Assembly: GCA_025980505.1 (NCBI GenBank)
Contig: JAICXI010000001.1
Location: forward strand, 1 to 28,278
Direction: 5' to 3'
Length of the DNA: 28,278 nt
DNA from: a bacterium
Lineage (GTDB): Bacteria; Oederibacteriota; Muellerivitia; Muellerivitales; Muellerivitaceae
Both the position numbers and the translations under genes were made by a program. Below are positions 22,780 to 28,278 of the stretch, one piece after another. The notes beneath the pieces are model-generated. The model had not been told where the DNA came from and did not search any database. It was given only the letters and a program-made list of their open reading frames with translations. Position 1 is the stretch's first letter. The number at the start of each line of letters is the position of its first letter.

Positions 22780-22926
22780 TCACCCAGAAAGGCAAGAGCG
22801 AAGGCGGTTCTATTGGTTGTTCCAACCTTTGCTCTTTTGTGGTCCTTGATGCTCTTGGTGTCCCTGGTGGTTCAATGGGTTTTGTCAGGGGTTCTTCATC
22901 TTCGTACCCGCCGTGGTTCCCCGGCA

Positions 22927-23742
22927 TCATCTCCGCCACATCCGCTTGATCCTCCGCATCGAGTCGACGCTGGAGGCGTCCTCGTCCCTCATGGAATGAC
23001 CGGTCAGCCGGATGAAGGCGTCCTCCAGGGACCGGGCCCGGGCCTTCCGCTTGAGCGCCAGGGGCGTGCCCTGCGCCACGATCCGTCCGTGGTCGAGGAT
23101 GATCACCCGGTCCGCCACCCGTTCGGCCTCCTCCATGTAATGGGTGGTGAAAAAGACCGTGATCCCCTCGCGCCGGTTCAGGTCCTTGATGTAGTTCCAG
23201 ATGTGGTTGCGGGTCTGGGGGTCCAGGCCCACGGTGGGCTCGTCCAGGAACAGGATCAGGGGGTGGTGCAGGAGCCCCCGGGCGATCTCCAGGCGGCGTT
23301 TCATGCCGCCGGAGAACTGCTTCACCAGGCTGTCGCGGCGGTCCCACAGTTCCACCACCTTCAGCAGCTCCTCGGTGCGCTTGCGGCGAAGGCCGGCCGG
23401 GACCTTGTAAAGCACGCCGTGGAACTCCATGTTCTCCCGGGCGGTCAGTTCGTCGTCCAGGCTGGGATCCTGGAAGACGATGCCGAAGGTTCGCCGCACG
23501 CCGGCCTGGTCGGCGGCGGGGTCGTTGCCGTCCAGGAGCACCCGCCCGCTTGTGGGGTCCAGCAGGGTGGTGAGCATCTTGATGGAAGTGGTCTTGCCCG
23601 CTCCGTTGGGGCCCAGGAAGCCGAAAATGCGGCCCTTCTCCACGGTGAAGGAAATACCGTCCACGGCCGTGAAGGGACCGAATTTCTTGGTGAGGTTTTC
23701 CACTTCAATGATGGGTTTGGCCGTGGCGGTTCCTTTTAACAC
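22927..23742 (-). CDS. ABC transporter ATP-binding protein (DrrA-like)
   Basis: Walker A GPNGAGKTT, signature FSGGMKRR, Walker B LFLDEPT, H-loop TTHY. Start uncertain (GTG 23742 or ACG 23724); 23865 overlaps prfC. Confidence 0.93.
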   Translation of the reverse strand: MLKGTATAKPIIEVENLTKKFGPFTAVDGISFTVEKGRIFGFLGPNGAGKTTSIKMLTTLLDPTSGRVLLDGNDPAADQAGVRRTFGIVFQDPSLDDELTARENMEFHGVLYKVPAGLRRKRTEELLKVVELWDRRDSLVKQFSGGMKRRLEIARGLLHHPLILFLDEPTVGLDPQTRNHIWNYIKDLNRREGITVFFTTHYMEEAERVADRVIILDHGRIVAQGTPLALKRKARARSLEDAFIRLTGHSMRDEDASSVDSMRRIKRMWRR

Positions 23743-23804
23743 AAAATCCCGGGGGGCCTGGGCGAGCCAGCGCTCCCGGCGCCGGCGCTTTTCCCCCCGG
23801 CCGC

Positions 23805-25403
23805 CTAGGCCATGTCGGCCAGCGTATGGCCGGGACATTTTTTCGCCGTATATTCCTTGTCCCACGGCGTCTTGAAGAGGACGACGGGCCGGTTCCGGCG
23901 GTCGCGGGTCTTCAGCACCGAAACCGGCGGGTCGAAGGCGTCCGGGTCCCCCCCGAGCCAGGCGCTGCAGGTATAGGGCAGGAGTTCCAGCACCGTATCC
24001 ACGTTGTATTCGCTTTTCAGCCGGTACTGCAGCACGTCGAACTGCAGGCGCCCCACGGCCGCCACGTAAAAGTCCAGCTCATCCCAGCTTTTCAACATCT
24101 GCACCGTGCCCTCGGCCGTCATCTGTTCCACGCCCTTGTCGAAGGACTTGCGCTTGGCCACGTCCTTGGGGCGTACCCGGCCGAAGACCTCGGGCTGGAA
24201 GGAAGGGAGCGGCTTGAAGTTGAACCCTCCGGAAAGGGAGATCGTGTCCCCGATGGCGAAGAGGCCGGGGTTGATCACGCCCACGATGTCGCCGGGATAA
24301 GCCACATCCAGGGTGTTGCGGTCCGAAGCCAGCATGGAATGGGGGCGGGACAAGCGCAACTCCCGGTCCAACCGGTGGTGCTTCACCACCAGGTCACGCT
24401 CAAAGCGGCCCGAACAAACCCGCAGGAAAGCCGTCGAGTCACGGTGCTTGGGGTTCATGTTGGCCTGTAGTTTGAACACGTAGGCTGAAAAGGGGGCTTC
24501 CACGGGATCGATGGTGACCTCCCCGGCCGGGGTATCGGCCTGGCGGGATCCAGGGGGCGGCGCCATTTCCACGAAGGCGTCGAAAAAGGGCTCCACGCCG
24601 AAATTGGTCAGGGCCGAGGCGAAGAAAACCGGGGTCACCTTTCCCTTCAGGAACTCGCCGTGGTCGTAGGAGTTCCCCGCCACTTCCAATAATTCCAGGT
24701 CGTTGTGCAGTTTTTCCCAGAGCTCGGGCGAAACATGTTCCCTGACGCCGGGGCCGGAAAGGGACACCCGCTCCACCGAGGCCTTGGCCGCTCCGCCCAC
24801 GGAAGTTTTGGTGAAAAGGAGCAGTTCCTTCGTGCGGCGGTCCACCACGCCCACAAATTCCCGGCCGCTCCCCACCGGCCAATTGATGGCCGAGGAATGG
24901 ATGCCAAGCACCTCTTCCACCTCATGCATCAGGTCCAGGGGGTCGCGGCCGGGCAAGTCCATCTTGTTGATGAAGGTCATGACCGGGATGCCCCGCAGGC
25001 GGCAGACCTCGAAGAGTTTCCGCGTCTGGGTTTCCACGCCCTTGGCGGCGTCGATGACCATGATGGCGCAGTCGGCGGCCGTAAGCGTCCGGTAGGTGTC
25101 CTCGGAAAAGTCCTGGTGGCCGGGAGTATCCAGCACGTTGATGACGGCGCTCTTGTAGGGAAACTGCATGGCCGAGGCGGTGATGGAAATGCCGCGTTCC
25201 TGCTCCATGCCCATCCAGTCGGAAACCGCCACCTTGCCGCCCTTCCTTCCCCGTACCATGCCGGCTGTCTGGATCATGCCGGAGTAAAGCAGCAGCTTCT
25301 CGGTCAGGGTGGTTTTACCCGCGTCCGGGTGGCTGATGATGGCGAAGGTGCGGCGTTTGGCCACCGCGTTTTTGATTTCGTTGGTCAGGGTCGGATCGGG
25401 CAT
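23805..25403 (-). CDS. prfC: Peptide chain release factor 3
   Basis: RRTFAIISHPDAGKTTLTEKLLLY, DWMGMEQERGISIT, DTPGHQDFSEDTYRTL, NKMD, KLQANMNPKHRD. Confidence 0.97.
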   Translation of the reverse strand: MPDPTLTNEIKNAVAKRRTFAIISHPDAGKTTLTEKLLLYSGMIQTAGMVRGRKGGKVAVSDWMGMEQERGISITASAMQFPYKSAVINVLDTPGHQDFSEDTYRTLTAADCAIMVIDAAKGVETQTRKLFEVCRLRGIPVMTFINKMDLPGRDPLDLMHEVEEVLGIHSSAINWPVGSGREFVGVVDRRTKELLLFTKTSVGGAAKASVERVSLSGPGVREHVSPELWEKLHNDLELLEVAGNSYDHGEFLKGKVTPVFFASALTNFGVEPFFDAFVEMAPPPGSRQADTPAGEVTIDPVEAPFSAYVFKLQANMNPKHRDSTAFLRVCSGRFERDLVVKHHRLDRELRLSRPHSMLASDRNTLDVAYPGDIVGVINPGLFAIGDTISLSGGFNFKPLPSFQPEVFGRVRPKDVAKRKSFDKGVEQMTAEGTVQMLKSWDELDFYVAAVGRLQFDVLQYRLKSEYNVDTVLELLPYTCSAWLGGDPDAFDPPVSVLKTRDRRNRPVVLFKTPWDKEYTAKKCPGHTLADMA

Positions 25404-25697
25404 GCCGACTTTCCTTCATTCGATGGATTGGGCCGCGCGGCAAGCCGCGCCGGGGAGAACCGGGGACTCCAGGACGCCGGCTTCCGGACGCCGGAAGGGC
25501 GGAACCGGCGCATAGGGGCGGTATCTTAACAAACTTTTAGGGAAATATCGGGCCGATGTTCAAAACTTGCGCCCGGGACGGGGGTGTCGCCCCGGAGGAT
25601 TGAAAAAGAAGCGCCCCATCCTGTGCCGGATCATTTGCCACCGGCGGGCTCCGCGTTTAAACTAGCCCCCTTTCCATCCCCGATCGAAGGACATCCC

Positions 25698-26360
25698 ATG
25701 GCGTTCGCGGCGAAGGCGGCCAAGGAACTGGCGGTCTTCCTGAGGCAGTGCTGGTTTTTGGTGATCCTCCTGGTGGCGGCCCTGGCGGTCTATCCCTTTG
25801 AGCGGGGCCGGGAATTCGGGGTGTGGTTGAGCCTGTCCTACGTGACTTCCTTTCTTTTCTACGTCCTGACCCTCTATTTGCCCGAGCGTAAAAACCGCAA
25901 AAACATCCACCGCGCCGTGGTGCCTTACCTGCAGCAGATCATCAGCGACATCAAGGGCGTTTATTACACCTTCCTGGCCGCCTCCAACGTCCACAGCGAC
26001 GTCACCCGCCTGCGGGACAGCGACTTCCACAACATCTTCCGCCAGATCAACCCCCAGGACCGCTCCACGCGGTTGGATTACCTGGGTTTCGGCAATTGGT
26101 TCGAGTACCTGGAGCACCAGAAGGCCCGCATCAAGCGCACGGTGGACCGCATTCTCACTTACGAGCATTACCTGGACACGGACTTCATCCTGGTGATCGA
26201 GAGCCTTAATAATTCCACCTTGTTTGAGATCCTCGACTTCATCGAACACAAACCCCTGGCCTATACCGACTTCGGGTTCCTCGCCGACGCCTACGAACAG
26301 TGCTACAAGCAGGCGGAGCGGCTGGAAGACTACCTGAAAAAATACACGGCGGATATTTAG
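25698..26360 (+). CDS. Hypothetical membrane protein (two N-terminal TM helices, soluble C-terminal domain), 220 aa
   Basis: GAAGGA RBS before ATG 25698; strong GC3 coding bias; no recognised family. Confidence 0.8.
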   Translation: MAFAAKAAKELAVFLRQCWFLVILLVAALAVYPFERGREFGVWLSLSYVTSFLFYVLTLYLPERKNRKNIHRAVVPYLQQIISDIKGVYYTFLAASNVHSDVTRLRDSDFHNIFRQINPQDRSTRLDYLGFGNWFEYLEHQKARIKRTVDRILTYEHYLDTDFILVIESLNNSTLFEILDFIEHKPLAYTDFGFLADAYEQCYKQAERLEDYLKKYTADI

Positions 26361-26570
26361 GCCCCGACAAGGATTGGCCCGCCACCCCCAACGACGCAAG
26401 CCAAGTTGTTGAGAAGCCATGCCTGGGCAACCCTTCTTTCTTGGCGCCCTTGGTGCCATGGGCGGCGCCGTGTTTTGACTTTGCTTTTCGGGGATGGGGG
26501 CCGGAAAAGTCATGGCCCTTTACCGCCCGATGGGATAAATTGACGGAGTTTTATTCGAACGGAGGGATTC

Positions 26571-27656
26571 ATGCGCGATACTTTCTGCCTCAAATGGGAC
26601 CAGGACCACGGCGCCAAGCTGGTGGATTTCCACGGTTGGAACATGCCGGTTTCCTACGCCAAGGGCATCCTGGCCGAGCACGAGGCTACCCGCACCTCGG
26701 CCGGGCTTTTCAACATCTCCCACATGGGTCGTTTGAGGATCCAAGGGCCCCAGGCCTACAAATTTTCCCAATACGCCTTCACCAACGACCTTTCCAAGAT
26801 CAACATCGGCAGCGCCCTTTACGGTTTCCTCCTCAACGCCAAGGGCGGCATCATCGACGACGTGATCATCTATAAAGAGGCCAACGACCGGTTCCTCTGG
26901 ATCATCAATGCGGGCGGCCGCGAAACCGATGTCGAGCATTTGAAGCGCCTTTCGACGGGCAAGGACCTGAAGATGGATGTGCTTTCCGACGATACGGCCC
27001 TCCTGGCCCTGCAGGGCCCCCAGGCCGACGCGGTCCTGAAACGATGGGTCAAGGACGCGGACCTGGACCGGATCCCTTACTTCGGTTTCGGCCGGGGCAC
27101 GATCCAGGGCAAGGGCGCCTTCATCATGGCCACGGGTTACACGGGCGAGGACGGCTACGAGTTGATGGTGGACGTGAAGGATGCTCCCATGGTGTGGGAA
27201 CTCCTGGCCTCCCAGCCGGAGGTGACGCCTTGCGGCCTGGGCGCGCGGGACTCGCTGCGCCTGGAAGCCGGGCTTCCGCTGCACGGCAACGACATCGACG
27301 AGGCCACCCAGCCCTATGAGGCCGGCCTGGGATGGGCGGTGAAGGGGGACAAGGAAGGCGGCTTTTTCGGCCGGGAAGCGCTCAACCCCAATCCTTCCCG
27401 TAAATTGATCGGCCTCACCCTGGAAGGCCAGGCCATTCCCCGCCAACACTACAAGGTGGTTTGCGGGGGGCGGGAAGCGGGTGAAGTGACCAGCGGCATT
27501 TTTTCGCCGACGCTTAAAAAGGGGATCGCCCTGGCTTACGTGAAAGGGGAATGCCTTGACAAGCCCCTGGCCGTCGACATCCGCGGCAAAGCCGTGCCCG
27601 CCGCGGTCACCCGGCCGCCCTGGGTGAGGCATGTGACCAAGGCCAAGGCGAAATAA
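26571..27656 (+). CDS. gcvT: Glycine cleavage system T protein (aminomethyltransferase)
   Basis: GGAGG RBS; FHGWNMPVSY, EHEATR, SHMG, GGIIDD, TGYTGEDGYE, GLGARDSLRLEAG, SPTLKKGIALAYV. Confidence 0.96.
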   Translation: MRDTFCLKWDQDHGAKLVDFHGWNMPVSYAKGILAEHEATRTSAGLFNISHMGRLRIQGPQAYKFSQYAFTNDLSKINIGSALYGFLLNAKGGIIDDVIIYKEANDRFLWIINAGGRETDVEHLKRLSTGKDLKMDVLSDDTALLALQGPQADAVLKRWVKDADLDRIPYFGFGRGTIQGKGAFIMATGYTGEDGYELMVDVKDAPMVWELLASQPEVTPCGLGARDSLRLEAGLPLHGNDIDEATQPYEAGLGWAVKGDKEGGFFGREALNPNPSRKLIGLTLEGQAIPRQHYKVVCGGREAGEVTSGIFSPTLKKGIALAYVKGECLDKPLAVDIRGKAVPAAVTRPPWVRHVTKAKAK

Positions 27657-27740
27657 ATTCCACCGGCGGACTTGTGCCACGGGCCCTCGGGACGGTTTCT
27701 TGGAACAATTTCTTCCCGTCCTTTTGATTTAAACAGGACA

Positions 27741-28122
27741 AATTGTAAAAGTTGGACACTCTTGCCGAATGGCCGAAAAATTTAAAAACCGATCAGTTTC
27801 AATGCGCCTTTAACCTGTCGTTGCGAGCCGCGAATGAGGCGGCGAACCCTTCGACTCGCTTTGCTCGTTCAGGGTGTTGCAATCCAAGCCTGCGGTGAGC
27901 GGCCGCGGGGAGTCGAACCATTCATGGGTGGTTTTAAGGTTGTGGGTTTTGCCTGGGGCAAAACCCGTTATTTTCAACTGGGATTGCTTCGCCATGATCG
28001 CCCCGCTATTCGCGGGGCATTCCTCGCAACGACCGATAGCGTTTTTCCGGAAAATAGGGGCTTGGGCCGCTCTTCTTTAAAGAAGTTTCCAGCTTTTTGT
28101 CCAGTGTCCAACTTTTGAAATT
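27741..28122. mobile_element. Possible non-autonomous element (MITE-like) bounded by inverted repeats
   Basis: AATTGTAAAAGTTGGACACT (27741-27760) and its inverse AGTGTCCAACTTTTGAAATT (28103-28122): 14-bp perfect core, 18/20 overall; no convincing gene inside; no clear TSD. Confidence 0.45.
27846..27919. repeat. REP-like long hairpin (TTCGACTC...GTTCA / TGAGC...GAGTCGAA)
   Basis: Perfect 8-bp arms at 27850-27857 and 27910-27917 with inner GTTCA/TGAGC pairing; same motif family as 22740-22779. Confidence 0.55.
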
Positions 28123-28278
28123 ATATTTAGCTTGGGAACGATGCACTGGGCGTCAGGTCCCAACAACCCCGTCCCTTGCGTCGCGGTTTGGATGGTTCCA
28201 TAGGGGTTATTCCCTAGGAGGGCTTTTGGGGAGATGGGGTGGGTGAGGGGTGTGGTGAAACCCATGAAATCATCCCCA

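Noticed and set aside
26361-26570. Glycine riboswitch upstream of gcvT
   Set aside because: The GGAGA...CCGAAG...CTCTCAGG aptamer signatures are absent.
27731-28122. Tn7/CAST transposon ends
   Set aside because: GGACA-containing repeats are present, but there is no terminal TGT/ACA with an array of regularly spaced TnsB sites and no tns or cas genes.

Overview
GC-rich bacterial chromosomal window (taxon not determinable from sequence alone) in two parts. Left part (1-12968) is a cell-envelope locus. A core of SGNH/DltD-like protein, a 40-aa DltX-like peptide ending FIYVDF (absent from the ORF track) and an AlgI/DltB-family MBOAT acyltransferase is flanked by three paralogous secreted NHL beta-propeller/SGNH-like fusions. 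Also present are a fourth, membrane-anchored NHL protein cut by the left edge, a secreted 172-aa protein and two paralogous Thr-rich lipoproteins. No dltA/dltC lie in the window, so this looks like an envelope O-acylation relay with an unusual expansion of propeller-fused SGNH enzymes; this is the best candidate for an undescribed system. Right part (13122-28278) is mostly housekeeping: tRNA-Val(CAC), SRAP, queD/PTPS, nadE, a metallophosphoesterase-fold protein lacking most metal ligands, iscA/erpA, lipM, lpdA, two CxxC zinc-finger microproteins, a DrrAB-like ABC-2 pair, prfC and gcvT. Its intergenic gaps carry several families of miniature palindromic repeats. Three genes (the 172-aa gene, tRNA-Val, lpdA) have their 3' ends duplicated downstream, in two cases right after the same ~70-nt double-hairpin element. 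No integrase, transposase or CRISPR array was found.
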